64,000 nt of DNA from a virus. The position numbers and the translations under genes were made by a program. The stretch lies in IMG/VR virus record IMGVR_UViG_3300025093_000009, positions 32,001-96,000 of that record, one strand, 5' to 3'. This document shows positions 1-10,019 of this stretch, piece by piece. A model generated the notes under the pieces. The model saw nothing but the letters and a program-made list of their open reading frames with translations, ran no database searches and had not been told where the DNA came from. Position 1 is the stretch's first letter. Each line of letters starts with the position of its first letter.

Positions 1-888
1 ATTGTACCATTTGATGATGATAAAGCACTTGAAGATTATACTGCTAAAGATTGGGAAGAGTTAATTGAAGCTAATCTAGAAGAAAAAGCTAGACAAGTAA
101 GAAGTGAAACTCCAAAACAATTCTTTAATAGTTTACCTCAAGAATTACAGATAGCTGCAAAATATGTAGCTGATGGTGGTAAAGATTTAAAAGGTTTATT
201 TTCTACATTATCTCAAGTAGAAGAAACCAAAACTTTAAATGTTAAAACTGTTGCAGGACAGGAAAAAATTATAACGGAATATTTAAGTGCTACTGGATAC
301 GGTACTGCTGAAGATATCCAAGAAGAAATTGAAATTTGGAAAGACTTAGGTAAGTTAGAAACACAAGCTAATAAGTTTAAACCAAAGTTAGATAAGATGC
401 AAGAAAAAGTTGTTGCACAAAAGCTAAAAGAACAAGAGCTTAAGAAAAAACAACAAGAGCAAGCATCACAACAATATATGAAAAATGTCTATGAGACATT
501 AAAAGAAGGAACATTGGGTGATATTAAAGTAGATAGAAAGACACAAGCCATGTTATATAATGGTTTAGTTCAACCTAATTATCCTTCTGTAAGTGGACGT
601 AACACTAATCTGTTAGGACACTTACTTGAAAAATATCAATTTGTGGAGCCTAATTACCAATTAATCTCTGAAGCTCTGTGGTTATTACAAGACCCAGCAG
701 GTTACAAAGCAAAGATTATGGATAAAGGAGCACAAAAGAGTGTTGAGAAAACGGTTAGAAAATTGAAAAGTGAGCAATCAAATGTAGGAGGATCATCATT
801 AGGTGTAACTAAAGCAGAAGAAGCAAGTGCTAAGAAAAGCTCAAAGAGAAAGATTCAAAGACCAACCAACATATTTAAACGAATTTAA
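1..888 (+). CDS. Putative capsid scaffolding/structural protein upstream of MCP (5'-truncated; frame open from base 1)
   Basis: Frame 1 has no stop from base 1 (IVPFDDDKALEDY...) into the listed 397..888 ORF; acidic/helical with a basic C-terminal tail; lies immediately before MCP as in crAss-like capsid blocks. Confidence 0.65.
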   Translation: MVPFDDDKALEDYTAKDWEELIEANLEEKARQVRSETPKQFFNSLPQELQIAAKYVADGGKDLKGLFSTLSQVEETKTLNVKTVAGQEKIITEYLSATGYGTAEDIQEEIEIWKDLGKLETQANKFKPKLDKMQEKVVAQKLKEQELKKKQQEQASQQYMKNVYETLKEGTLGDIKVDRKTQAMLYNGLVQPNYPSVSGRNTNLLGHLLEKYQFVEPNYQLISEALWLLQDPAGYKAKIMDKGAQKSVEKTVRKLKSEQSNVGGSSLGVTKAEEASAKKSSKRKIQRPTNIFKRI

Positions 889-949
889 TTAAGTAAATTA
901 AATATATAAACTGAAAATTAATTATTAACAATCAAAAACAATCAAAATT

Positions 950-2569
950 ATGGCAACTCCAGTTTTAAATAATGGGATTTTCCTAAGAGATACAAGCTAT
1001 AAAGCAAGTTCTCATGTTGATTCTTATCACCTTACCCAGATGCTTGGTAACCCTGAGCCTATGGATATGGGACCAATTGATTTGTGGGCAATGACTCAAA
1101 AAGTTGAAATGCCTCTTTATCAAATGGCTTCTTTTGGTGGAAAGAATACAATTCTTGTAGACAACGCTAGAGGTGAGTACAAATGGCAAACTCCTATTGC
1201 ACAAGATCTACCGTACATAGTTGCGGACCTTGATCCTGCTAACACTTCAAAAGGTGTTGATGGAACAACGTTTAGGATCAAAATTAACAAGAGAACTTTT
1301 GGACATGGTGATATCATTACTTATGATAAGTACAATGGTTTAGAACTTTACATCACAGCTGATGATATTATCCCAGCAGGTGACGGTTATGTTTACACTG
1401 TTCAATTAGTTAACAACAACAACGCAGCCTCTTTAGATAACAAGTACCTTGCAAAAGGAACTAAGTTCTTCAGAAAAGGTTCTGCACGTGGTGAGTATGG
1501 TGAAAGATTCTCTGACATTGAAACAGGTTCTGGTTTCCGTGAATTCTACAACTTCGTAGGAGGAGCAGAAGCTCACGTACACTATTCAATTTCTTCAAGA
1601 GCAGACTTAATGATCAAAGGCGGATTGAACGCTGATGGTACTGTGCCTGTAACTGAAATTTGGAGAAACTTTGACAATGACCCAAACAACCCATCAGTAC
1701 CTAGTATTGAAGGATTAGTTGCATCTATGGGTAAAGCTGGTGCAAGAGAAGCATTTGAAAATGGTACTCTTACACGTACTTTCATTACAAATATGGAAGC
1801 AGCACACCTTTCTAAAATTGCAACTGACATTGAGACTTACCTCATGTGGGGGAAAGGCGGTAGAATTAAGCAAGACGGACCAGATGATATTAGATTATCT
1901 GTTGGTTTATGGGCACAGTTGGATAACTCATTTAAGAGAGTATACAACAAGTCATCATTTACTCTTGACATGTTTAAGTCTGAGCTTTACAACTTCTACC
2001 AAGGAAAAGTTGAATTTAAAGGACCAGACCCACAAAGATCACTTGTTGTACAAACAGGTATTGGTGGTATGCAGTTAATCAACAAAGCAATTGCTGATGA
2101 AGTGTATGGTTCTGGATTAGTTCAAAATGCATCTGATATCGGAGCTGTAACAGGTAAAGGTATGGATTTAGATTATGGTTTTGCTTACACAAGCTTTACT
2201 ATTCCATTCTTAGCTAACGTTAAGTTTGTATTGAATCCTGCATTTGATAACTTAAACACTAATGACATTGAGAATCCATTAATTGATGGAAGACCTCTAA
2301 GTTCATTTAGCTTTATCATCTTTGATGTAACTGACGAAGGTAATGACAACATTCACTTGTTGAAACTTTCTTGGGATAATCAACTTAAGTGGTTCTACCA
2401 AAATGGTACTATGGACTACATGGGAAGAACCCAAGGATTTGCATCTACTGGACAGTTCAATGGATACAGAGTTTATATGACTCAAACCATGCCAGCTGTA
2501 TGGGTTAAAGATCCGACTAAAGTTCTTAAAATTGTAATGAGAAACCCAGTTACTGGAGGATCATTCTAA
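950..2569 (+). CDS. Major capsid protein, crAss-like
   Basis: 539 aa; follows scaffold-like gene; followed by a strong terminator; codon usage suggests high expression (many AAC/TTC/TAC); size and synteny match crAss-like MCP. Confidence 0.85.
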   Translation: MATPVLNNGIFLRDTSYKASSHVDSYHLTQMLGNPEPMDMGPIDLWAMTQKVEMPLYQMASFGGKNTILVDNARGEYKWQTPIAQDLPYIVADLDPANTSKGVDGTTFRIKINKRTFGHGDIITYDKYNGLELYITADDIIPAGDGYVYTVQLVNNNNAASLDNKYLAKGTKFFRKGSARGEYGERFSDIETGSGFREFYNFVGGAEAHVHYSISSRADLMIKGGLNADGTVPVTEIWRNFDNDPNNPSVPSIEGLVASMGKAGAREAFENGTLTRTFITNMEAAHLSKIATDIETYLMWGKGGRIKQDGPDDIRLSVGLWAQLDNSFKRVYNKSSFTLDMFKSELYNFYQGKVEFKGPDPQRSLVVQTGIGGMQLINKAIADEVYGSGLVQNASDIGAVTGKGMDLDYGFAYTSFTIPFLANVKFVLNPAFDNLNTNDIENPLIDGRPLSSFSFIIFDVTDEGNDNIHLLKLSWDNQLKWFYQNGTMDYMGRTQGFASTGQFNGYRVYMTQTMPAVWVKDPTKVLKIVMRNPVTGGSF

Positions 2570-2583
2570 GAATTGTAATAATA

Positions 2584-2620
2584 AGGGGAGGTGGGTTAAA
2601 CCTCCTCCCTTTTTATTTTT
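2584..2620 (+). terminator. Intrinsic terminator after MCP
   Basis: AGGGGAGG..CCTCCCT stem followed by TTTTATTTTT. Confidence 0.8.
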
Positions 2621-2641
2621 AACCTTTAAATATAACTGATC

Positions 2642-2839
2642 ATGGCACTAGATATTAAAAGACAAAACAAAACATATGAATTTTCAAATTCAAGTGTTTC
2701 TAAAATACTTGCTTCTAAAGCAGTTGGTAAGGATATCTTAGCAAGAGACCATGCAGATGATGCAGCAGCAAAAGCTGCAGGTTTAGCGAAAGGTGATTTA
2801 TATCACACTTCAGGAGCTTTGAAGATAGTTGTTAGTTAA
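2642..2839 (+). CDS. Small virion protein (possible head fibre/decoration)
   Basis: 65 aa; C-terminal ADDAAAKAAGLAKGDLYHTSGALKIV resembles a short module I recall from phage fibre proteins. Confidence 0.5.
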   Translation: MALDIKRQNKTYEFSNSSVSKILASKAVGKDILARDHADDAAAKAAGLAKGDLYHTSGALKIVVS

Positions 2840-2957
2840 AGTCAAAAACTATAGCAAGGGTAAAACCTTGCTTTAGAAATATTAGTAATAATAAGAATGT
2901 GCATTAGTTTGCATTATTTGACTATAGTAATAATTATTAATTTTTAAAAAACCAAAA

Positions 2958-3977
2958 ATGGAAGATTACACAATTGTTGAGAAGTATCAACAGAAAAAGA
3001 AAGGAAGCACTATAGCTATCCGCCCTTATTTTAATCCTAACAAGGAGAATATGGGACTAGAAGCTTATGGCTTAGCTTTACATGATGGAGTATTTCATCA
3101 AGAAAGCTTGGCATGTTTAGAATTGAATGGAGTTAAAAGATATGTAACAGGTCTTAATGAATTTGCTCCTGAAGTTAAAATGTTACCTGCTAAAGAGAAA
3201 AAGGCTAAAATAAAAGAAATTAGACAAGTAGTTTCTGAACTTGAAGCTGAATTAGCAGCTAACCAAGTTGATCCAGAAGACAAAGAGTTTTGGAATAAGT
3301 TAACTATAATGAAGCCTGATAACTCTAAGTTCTGGGATAAAATTCAACTTAGATGTGGTAATGATCCTGTTTATTTAGATATAGAATCAGATCCTTATGA
3401 TAGAATTAAACTTTATGCAATAAAAGCTGGAGGTTTTTCTATTGTTGCTAAATCTTTAAAAGAAGCAAGATCTGCACAGAATAATCCAAAGTTTTACTTG
3501 GATACTGTTGAAGAAACTCTTACAACAAGAACTGAGACAACTAAAATTAAAAATAAAGCATTGGCATCTTTACAAAACTTATATGATTCTAATACAGCTA
3601 AGTTAATGTATGTAGCAAAGGTTTGTGATGCTGATAGTGTTCAATATACTAAGAATACACCAAATGATATTATGTATGAAAATATGGATGCATATATTAA
3701 TGGTTTTGGTGCTGAATCAAATAAAAAGAGAGCTGCTAAACAATTTTTAGAGGTATCTAATTTAGATATGGAAGAATTAAAAATTAGAGCATTAATTAAA
3801 GATGGCCTATACTATAGATTTATTACTACTAAAGCAGGAGGTTGGATTGAACCAATTGATAGTGGTATTAGAATGGGTAAAAGACCAGCTGAATGTTTAG
3901 AATTTTTAATGGATCCTAAAAATGAAGAGCAACTCTTATCATTGATTGATAAAGTAGAACCATATTGGAATTCATAA
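2958..3977 (+). CDS. Conserved crAss-like protein downstream of MCP (gene-75-like by position)
   Basis: 339-aa ORF; call by synteny only. Confidence 0.5.
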   Translation: MEDYTIVEKYQQKKKGSTIAIRPYFNPNKENMGLEAYGLALHDGVFHQESLACLELNGVKRYVTGLNEFAPEVKMLPAKEKKAKIKEIRQVVSELEAELAANQVDPEDKEFWNKLTIMKPDNSKFWDKIQLRCGNDPVYLDIESDPYDRIKLYAIKAGGFSIVAKSLKEARSAQNNPKFYLDTVEETLTTRTETTKIKNKALASLQNLYDSNTAKLMYVAKVCDADSVQYTKNTPNDIMYENMDAYINGFGAESNKKRAAKQFLEVSNLDMEELKIRALIKDGLYYRFITTKAGGWIEPIDSGIRMGKRPAECLEFLMDPKNEEQLLSLIDKVEPYWNS

Positions 3978-3988
3978 AATAATATATA

Positions 3989-4693
3989 ATGGAAAATAGT
4001 ACACTCTTATTAAAACTTAAACAAAGGCTTAACAAGCTAGACAGTCAGGATTATGACAATATTGAATGTTGGCAGTTTGTAGAGGCTTTTAATAAAGCAC
4101 AAATTGAGTGGTGTAGAAGAAATCTCCATGGAGGTAACATGTATAAAGAAGGGGATGAGTTATCTAAAAAAAGAATTGATGACTTGCAACCTTTACTTAG
4201 AGAGTTATCTCTAGTAGGTACGGTTACTGATGAGTATTTTGAATCTACAAATTTTCCAGTTGACACATATTTAGAATACAAAAAGGTCTCTACTCAAGCA
4301 AAGGATGATTGTTGTACTCCAAGATCAATGACTGTATATTTAGCTGAAGAAGCTAATGTAGAGTTGTTACTTAGAGATCCGCTTAAGAATCCAAGCTTTG
4401 AATGGGGTGAAACATTTTGTACAATGTTAAATAACACAATTAGAATTTACAGAAATCCAAATTTTGATATTGTAAATCCTGTTTTGACTTACTATGAAAA
4501 ACCAACACTTATAGAAGTTGAAGGATGTGTTAATCCATATGATGGTACATTAAGTACAACAAATGTAGACTGTGAATTCAAAGATGATCTAGTAGAAGTT
4601 ATGCTAGATGATGCAGCTGCACTAATAGCTGGTGATATTGAAAATCCATATCAACAGCAAAGAGGGCAAGCTGCTGCAGAAAGAAATAATTAA
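3989..4693 (+). CDS. Tail ring/head-tail adaptor protein
   Basis: 234 aa; helical N-terminus (EAFNKAQIEW), YYEKP and CEF..DL..VMLDDAA C-terminal pattern typical of adaptor/ring proteins; synteny. Confidence 0.6.
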   Translation: MENSTLLLKLKQRLNKLDSQDYDNIECWQFVEAFNKAQIEWCRRNLHGGNMYKEGDELSKKRIDDLQPLLRELSLVGTVTDEYFESTNFPVDTYLEYKKVSTQAKDDCCTPRSMTVYLAEEANVELLLRDPLKNPSFEWGETFCTMLNNTIRIYRNPNFDIVNPVLTYYEKPTLIEVEGCVNPYDGTLSTTNVDCEFKDDLVEVMLDDAAALIAGDIENPYQQQRGQAAAERNN

Positions 4694-4716
4694 TTATGCA
4701 TTTAAATAAAAAATGC

Positions 4717-4724
4717 GTATATTA
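4717..4724 (+). promoter_or_regulatory. GTATATTA putative phage promoter motif
   Basis: Same octamer recurs in intergenic regions at 6379, 15644 and 32383. Confidence 0.5.
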
Positions 4725-4815
4725 TTATAGTAACATGTAGTTACGAACAGAGTAAACTGTTAAAATCATTTTTTATAAACCGTGAGAGTAATATCTCACA
4801 CAAATATTTTTAATT

Positions 4816-6297
4816 ATGGCTTATTTTAATCATGCTTTTATCAAGACGTTTGTAGTAGACAGTGTAGATTTATCCGCTGACACTAAAACAAGCGCACTTG
4901 GAGCTGGTCAATTGGCTTTAGTTGCTGGTGGAGATTGGGAATCTGTTGCACTACCTGGTGGTGCTGGAGTTCCAGTATTTGCTAAAGGAGAACTTGGATA
5001 CATTGTAGAAGGTTCTTTTTATTCTAAAGACACAATTGGTAACAATCCAGGACACGGTGGCTATCAAGAGTCTGTAAAATCTAAGGGTATCAACCCAAGA
5101 TATATTACAAGACTTTGGGAAGCTAACTGTTTATCTGCATCTCAAGCTACAGCTAGCCTTGAATTAGGTTCTGACTGTGCTCCATGTGGAAAAACACAAT
5201 TTATGAGAATTGATGTGAAGGGATCTCCTGCACTAAGATTCTTAAATCACAACGCTTATGCTATTGCTGACTCAGCAGGTGTATGTTGTGTAGATGGACA
5301 AGAATTTATTGACCCAGCATTAGTACTTGCTACTATGGCTGACATGGCAATTTCTGATCCTCTAATTAAACCTTTCGTTGCTGAAGCTGATCTAGATGCT
5401 GTTGGTGGAACTACTTTATCTGCTGCAGGTACTGGTTATGCTGTTGCTGATGGTGTTGCAACAACTGGTGGATCTGGTTCAGGTGCTACAATCAACATTT
5501 TATCTGTTGGTGGTGGTGGTGAAATTGCAACTTATTCAATTGCCTCTGTAGGTAGTGGATATGCTGCAGGTGATGTACTATCTGTTTCAGGTGGTGGCGG
5601 AGACGCTGACATCTTAGTTGATGATGTTGTTAGTGGTGGTTTAGTTGTTTCTGTTGTAACAGCAGGACAAACTGTACAATCTGCTTACACATTTGCTCAA
5701 GCTAAAGGTGAAGGAGCTGGTGCTTATGTACCTTCAACTGATCCTAATGGTGCTTCAAAAGTATCTGCAAAAGCTAATTTTGTTGGTGCTTACGTTGACA
5801 CTGAGTTTGGTAACTGTTCTTTTGATACAAGAGATCATTTCAATGCTGAGCCAGTAGAGATTATTGTTTCTGAATTAGATGAAACTGGTAATCCATGTAA
5901 TGACTGTGGCGTAGCTTCTAGAACTCCTGGTCAAATGCAACAAACAAAAGGTGAAGAAGTAATTAGAGAATTAATTATGTCTGAGAGATACCGTCAAAGT
6001 CCTTTCAACCAAGGAAACCCTGACAGTTCAAGAATCAGAGAAATTGAAATGTCTTCTGAACTACTTGCTGCTGTTGATAGAAAAGCTACATATAAAGCTT
6101 TCTATGTACAACACAGTGTGCCTAGATTTAACAACCCAACTGGTGTATTTGATAATGACCAGTATGTTTACAAAATCTACGCTAAGTGTGATGACGCAGA
6201 AGCTATTGCTGGTATTACTAAACTATTAGAAGGTTTAGCAGCATGGGCTGATGATAACGGTAACAAAATTTCCGTTGAAACAAATGCTCACTGGTAA
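4816..6297 (+). CDS. Abundant structural protein, probable auxiliary capsid protein, with Gly-rich GxGY insertion
   Basis: 493 aa; own promoter-like motif and terminator; MCP-like codon bias; synteny with the crAss auxiliary capsid gene. Confidence 0.55.
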   Translation: MAYFNHAFIKTFVVDSVDLSADTKTSALGAGQLALVAGGDWESVALPGGAGVPVFAKGELGYIVEGSFYSKDTIGNNPGHGGYQESVKSKGINPRYITRLWEANCLSASQATASLELGSDCAPCGKTQFMRIDVKGSPALRFLNHNAYAIADSAGVCCVDGQEFIDPALVLATMADMAISDPLIKPFVAEADLDAVGGTTLSAAGTGYAVADGVATTGGSGSGATINILSVGGGGEIATYSIASVGSGYAAGDVLSVSGGGGDADILVDDVVSGGLVVSVVTAGQTVQSAYTFAQAKGEGAGAYVPSTDPNGASKVSAKANFVGAYVDTEFGNCSFDTRDHFNAEPVEIIVSELDETGNPCNDCGVASRTPGQMQQTKGEEVIRELIMSERYRQSPFNQGNPDSSRIREIEMSSELLAAVDRKATYKAFYVQHSVPRFNNPTGVFDNDQYVYKIYAKCDDAEAIAGITKLLEGLAAWADDNGNKISVETNAHW

Positions 6298-6325
6298 GAT
6301 CTAATCAACCATAGTATTTAAAATT

Positions 6326-6359
6326 GAGCAGGGGAGAAATCTCCTGCTCTTTTTATTTT
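6326..6359 (+). terminator. Intrinsic terminator
   Basis: GAGCAGGGGA-GAAA-TCTCCTGCTC followed by T tract. Confidence 0.85.
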
Positions 6360-6378
6360 ATATTCTCTGTAATTTTTT

Positions 6379-6386
6379 GTATATTA
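6379..6386 (+). promoter_or_regulatory. GTATATTA putative phage promoter motif
   Basis: TTTTTTGTATATTA about 30 nt before ATG 6415. Confidence 0.5.
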
Positions 6387-6414
6387 TCTATATAGTGTAA
6401 TAAAGTAGCAAACA

Positions 6415-6990
6415 ATGGCAAGCAAACATATATTAAGTTTAGAGATACCCACAGTATCAAACTGTGATTTATTGTGTATAAAAGATACAAGTCAATACAG
6501 TGATGACCTAGCAGTAGACTGTGAAGAACTATTGATTACACTACCAGGATTCAGTGTTCCTGTACTTATACAAGTAGATAAAGGTTTTGATATGTGTCTT
6601 ACAGCATGTACATTATCTCTTCAAAAAACTGATTGCGGAACAACACAAGAAAAAATTCCTGATGGAATATACATTGTAAAATACAGTGTATCTCCAAACT
6701 CTAAGGTTTATGTAGAATACAACCATTTAAGAGTAACTAGATTACTTACTACTTATTATGAAGTATTATGTGATTTAGAAGTACAGGCTTGCCAACCAAA
6801 CTCTGATAAACAAGCTCTCTTAGCAGAGATGAGTTATATTAAAACATTAATTGATGCAGCGGTAGCCAATGTTGAATATTGTCAATCATCTGCACAAGGA
6901 ATGCAATTGTATGAATATGCAAAACAGAGATTAAATAAAATAGCATGCCCATCAGGAGACTGTGGGTCAAGTAGTATATATGTAATATAA
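6415..6990 (+). CDS. Cys-rich virion protein, putative tail hub/fibre-docking protein
   Basis: 191 aa, IPDGIYIVKY beta motif then helical C-terminus; precedes fibre genes. Confidence 0.5.
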   Translation: MASKHILSLEIPTVSNCDLLCIKDTSQYSDDLAVDCEELLITLPGFSVPVLIQVDKGFDMCLTACTLSLQKTDCGTTQEKIPDGIYIVKYSVSPNSKVYVEYNHLRVTRLLTTYYEVLCDLEVQACQPNSDKQALLAEMSYIKTLIDAAVANVEYCQSSAQGMQLYEYAKQRLNKIACPSGDCGSSSIYVI

Positions 6991-7002
6991 ACCAAAAAAG
7001 AA

Positions 7003-7182
7003 ATGGCAAACTGTGCACACTGTAATAAACAATTTACTTGTGGCTGTCAAAAAGCTAGTTTAGGAAATGGAATAGTAGTATGTAAATCATGTAAAGCAAA
7101 AGCAGAAGCAAAGCTTAACACATCTTCTGACCTGAATAGAGAATTAGCAAGACAACAGATACAAGATTTAAGAAATAGATAG
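7003..7182 (+). CDS. Small Cys-rich (zinc-finger-like) protein, absent from the supplied ORF track
   Basis: MANCAHCNKQFTCGCQKASLGNGIVVCKSCKAK...RNR*, 59 aa; fills the gap between genes, with the next ATG at 7184. Confidence 0.75.
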   Translation: MANCAHCNKQFTCGCQKASLGNGIVVCKSCKAKAEAKLNTSSDLNRELARQQIQDLRNR

Positions 7183-7183
7183 T

Positions 7184-7726
7184 ATGGCATCAACTGTAAG
7201 AAAAGGATCTAATACTGCTCAAAAAGAAGAGCTTGCTTTACTTAAACAAATTAAGGTAGAGCAAAATTTTGCTAAGCAGGTATATGCTAATTTTCAATCA
7301 TTAAAGTTTGGTATTGAGTCATGTTGTTATACAGACTTTGAATCAGCTGTACTAAGAAAAGCATTATGTGACTGGCAGAATTCTGCTAGCAGTAAAGTTG
7401 TGGTTGCAACTGAAACACAAGGTGTATTTGTAGAACCGTTAGCTAAAGTTAATGCTAAAGCTAGTATGAGTTGTCCAGAGACACCTACAAATGTATGTAC
7501 TATAATTGACCTAGAAGATATTATAGCTCATGAAGCAACATTTGTACAGTGTTTTGAAAATGTATCAGATACTTGGACAGTTACACATAATTTAGGGAGG
7601 TTCCCTTCTGTAACGGTAGTAGATAGTGGTAACACTGTTGTAGTAGGTAATGTAGATTACAAGAGCACCCAACAATTAGTAATAACTTTTAACGCACCTT
7701 TTTCAGGATGTGTTTACTTGAATTAG
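7184..7726 (+). CDS. Virion fibre-associated protein
   Basis: C-terminal WTVTHNLGRFPSVTVVD...ITF..PFSG beta domain typical of phage fibre modules. Confidence 0.55.
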   Translation: MASTVRKGSNTAQKEELALLKQIKVEQNFAKQVYANFQSLKFGIESCCYTDFESAVLRKALCDWQNSASSKVVVATETQGVFVEPLAKVNAKASMSCPETPTNVCTIIDLEDIIAHEATFVQCFENVSDTWTVTHNLGRFPSVTVVDSGNTVVVGNVDYKSTQQLVITFNAPFSGCVYLN

Positions 7727-7759
7727 AAATAAAATAAATAACAATTAAAATTAAATAAC

Positions 7760-9922
7760 ATGGCAGTCAATTTTTTAACGGGTTTAGACATACAAGGTAA
7801 TGTCTCCTTAAACAACAACCAGCTGCAAAACTTTGTGGTTCAGCCTCTAGGTTCAAACCCCACAGGAATTGCTGGTAGAGTATATTATAACTCAGCAAAT
7901 AATGTGCTGAGATTATATGATGGATCCAACTGGGTAGATTTATCCACAGGATCTGATGATAACACAACATATGACTTTTCAGTACCTGCAGCAACTACAA
8001 CACTTAGATTAGCAGGTTCAGATGGTACTAATGATGATGTGACTATTTCTGGTAGTGGATTAATCACTGTTACTAGACAAAGTGCTACAGAATTAGCAAT
8101 TGGAACTACAGCAACATCCAATACAGGTACTGTAACTAGCGTAGGTGGTGGTAGTGGTATTACTATTACAGGTAATGCTTCTGTGTCACCAACAGTAAAT
8201 GTTGATTACTTAGGTTCTGATTCTGTTGTATTAGCAGCAGCTGATGGTACTAGTTTAACTGTAGCAACAAATGATAAATTAATTGTATCAGATACATCTG
8301 ACTCAGGAAATGTTAAATATGTAAATATTTCACAGATTACTGCAGCAGTTGGTGGTGGTACTGTTACATCTGTTGAATTAGCAGAAGGTGCACTTATTGA
8401 TTTATCAGGAACAAATCCAATTACAACTTCAGGTACTATTACTATTGGTGTTGACTTAAATGAATTAAGTACAGCTACTGGTGATATGACGAGTAATGAT
8501 TTATTTGCTGTTGTATTAGCAAATGGAAATCAAGCAAAATTTACCCCGGCATTAGTACCTAATGATTTATTCCCTAATGATGCAGGTTATGTAACTTCAT
8601 CTGGTGTAACATCAATTGCGTTAAGTGGTGATAGTGGTTCAACAAGTGCTATTACTTCTACAGGTACCTTTACTATTGCAGGAGGGACAAACGTTACAAC
8701 ATCTGCTTCAGGTACTACAGTAACAATTAATTCTACAGATCAATTCCAGGGTACAGTAACAAGTGTAACTGCTGGAGCTGGTTTAACTCAGACAGGTACA
8801 AGCACTGTTAATCCAACAATATTAGTAGATTATACTAATGCAGGTCTTATTAATGATGCACCTGGTATGACTGGTTTTGCAGAATCAGATGATGAAATTT
8901 TATTAGCTGATGATAGTGCAAGTAAGGCAGTAAGATCAGCAGCTTTAGTTGATATTCCATTAAACGTACTTGGATTACCTAATGCTGATTTAAGTATAAA
9001 TTCTCAAAAACTTACTTCAGTTGCAAATGGTACAGCTGGTACAGATGGTGTTAACTTAGGACAAGTTCAAGCACTTGTTGCTGGAGTTGGTGTATTCCAA
9101 GGAGGATATAATGCAGCTACAAACTCTCCTGCAATAGCAGGTTCAAGCAACATTGCGCTTACTACAGGTGACTTCTTTGTTGTTACTACAGATGGTACTA
9201 TATCTTTTAATGGTAGTACTGTTGATGTTGAGGTTGGTGATATGATTTATGCTAACACAACAATTGCAGCAAATTCTAATCCACCAGCTTCAAGTTATGC
9301 AATTGTAATTCAAGATCAAAACATTGCAGGTACAGGATCTTCAGACGGTGCTACTGAAAAAGGTGTTGCTGGATTTAACAGTGCAACATTTAGTGCTACA
9401 GCAAATGGATGGATTTCTGTTAAAGCAGGTGGTATTAGTGATGCTCAGTTAGCAGAAACATATAACCAGATTATTGGTACTGACTCAGATATTAATACTT
9501 CAGGTGTTGATGTAGTTGATCAGTTAAATATGACTGATGGTGTTATTACTTCACACTCTACAAGAACATTACCTGATTCAACAGAAAGTGCACGTGGTGT
9601 AACTGAAATTGCAACACAAACTGAAGTTGATACAGGAACAGATGACTTTAGATATGTAACTCCAGCTAAATTAAAAGCTCATATTGATAAGCAATCATTT
9701 AGCGGTACATATCCAAGTGCTTCAGCAAGTTCTTGGACAATTACAGCAGCTGTTCATGGATTGGGTGCTACACAAGGTCCTTTCATTATACAAACATTTG
9801 ATAATAAAGGTATTCAGGTGTATATGGATGTAGCTATTGCTGCAAATGGTGATGTTACATTTACAACTACAAACAATCAAGCAACAAATGCTATTACATG
9901 TAATCTAATGAAAGTAAGATAA
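7760..9922 (+). CDS. Tail/head fibre protein
   Basis: 720 aa Gly/Thr/Ser-rich; GTVTSV repeats; FQGGYNAATNSP module; ATQTEV..GTDD..YVTPAKL fibre repeat. Confidence 0.75.
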   Translation: MAVNFLTGLDIQGNVSLNNNQLQNFVVQPLGSNPTGIAGRVYYNSANNVLRLYDGSNWVDLSTGSDDNTTYDFSVPAATTTLRLAGSDGTNDDVTISGSGLITVTRQSATELAIGTTATSNTGTVTSVGGGSGITITGNASVSPTVNVDYLGSDSVVLAAADGTSLTVATNDKLIVSDTSDSGNVKYVNISQITAAVGGGTVTSVELAEGALIDLSGTNPITTSGTITIGVDLNELSTATGDMTSNDLFAVVLANGNQAKFTPALVPNDLFPNDAGYVTSSGVTSIALSGDSGSTSAITSTGTFTIAGGTNVTTSASGTTVTINSTDQFQGTVTSVTAGAGLTQTGTSTVNPTILVDYTNAGLINDAPGMTGFAESDDEILLADDSASKAVRSAALVDIPLNVLGLPNADLSINSQKLTSVANGTAGTDGVNLGQVQALVAGVGVFQGGYNAATNSPAIAGSSNIALTTGDFFVVTTDGTISFNGSTVDVEVGDMIYANTTIAANSNPPASSYAIVIQDQNIAGTGSSDGATEKGVAGFNSATFSATANGWISVKAGGISDAQLAETYNQIIGTDSDINTSGVDVVDQLNMTDGVITSHSTRTLPDSTESARGVTEIATQTEVDTGTDDFRYVTPAKLKAHIDKQSFSGTYPSASASSWTITAAVHGLGATQGPFIIQTFDNKGIQVYMDVAIAANGDVTFTTTNNQATNAITCNLMKVR

Positions 9923-9937
9923 TTACACGTTTAATTT

Positions 9938-9986
9938 AAAGGGGAGACGCTTAAATTATAACATTTAAATGTTTCCCCTTTTTTTT
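9938..9986 (+). terminator. Intrinsic terminator
   Basis: AAAGGGGAGACGCTTAAAT...ATTTAAATGTTTCCCCTTT plus T tract. Confidence 0.75.
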
Positions 9987-10019
9987 AAAATTAGTATATT
10001 GCGAAATAAATAAAAAGAC

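Noticed and set aside
397-888. 163-aa ORF starting at ATG 397
   Set aside because: The frame is open from base 1, so this is the C-terminal part of a longer gene
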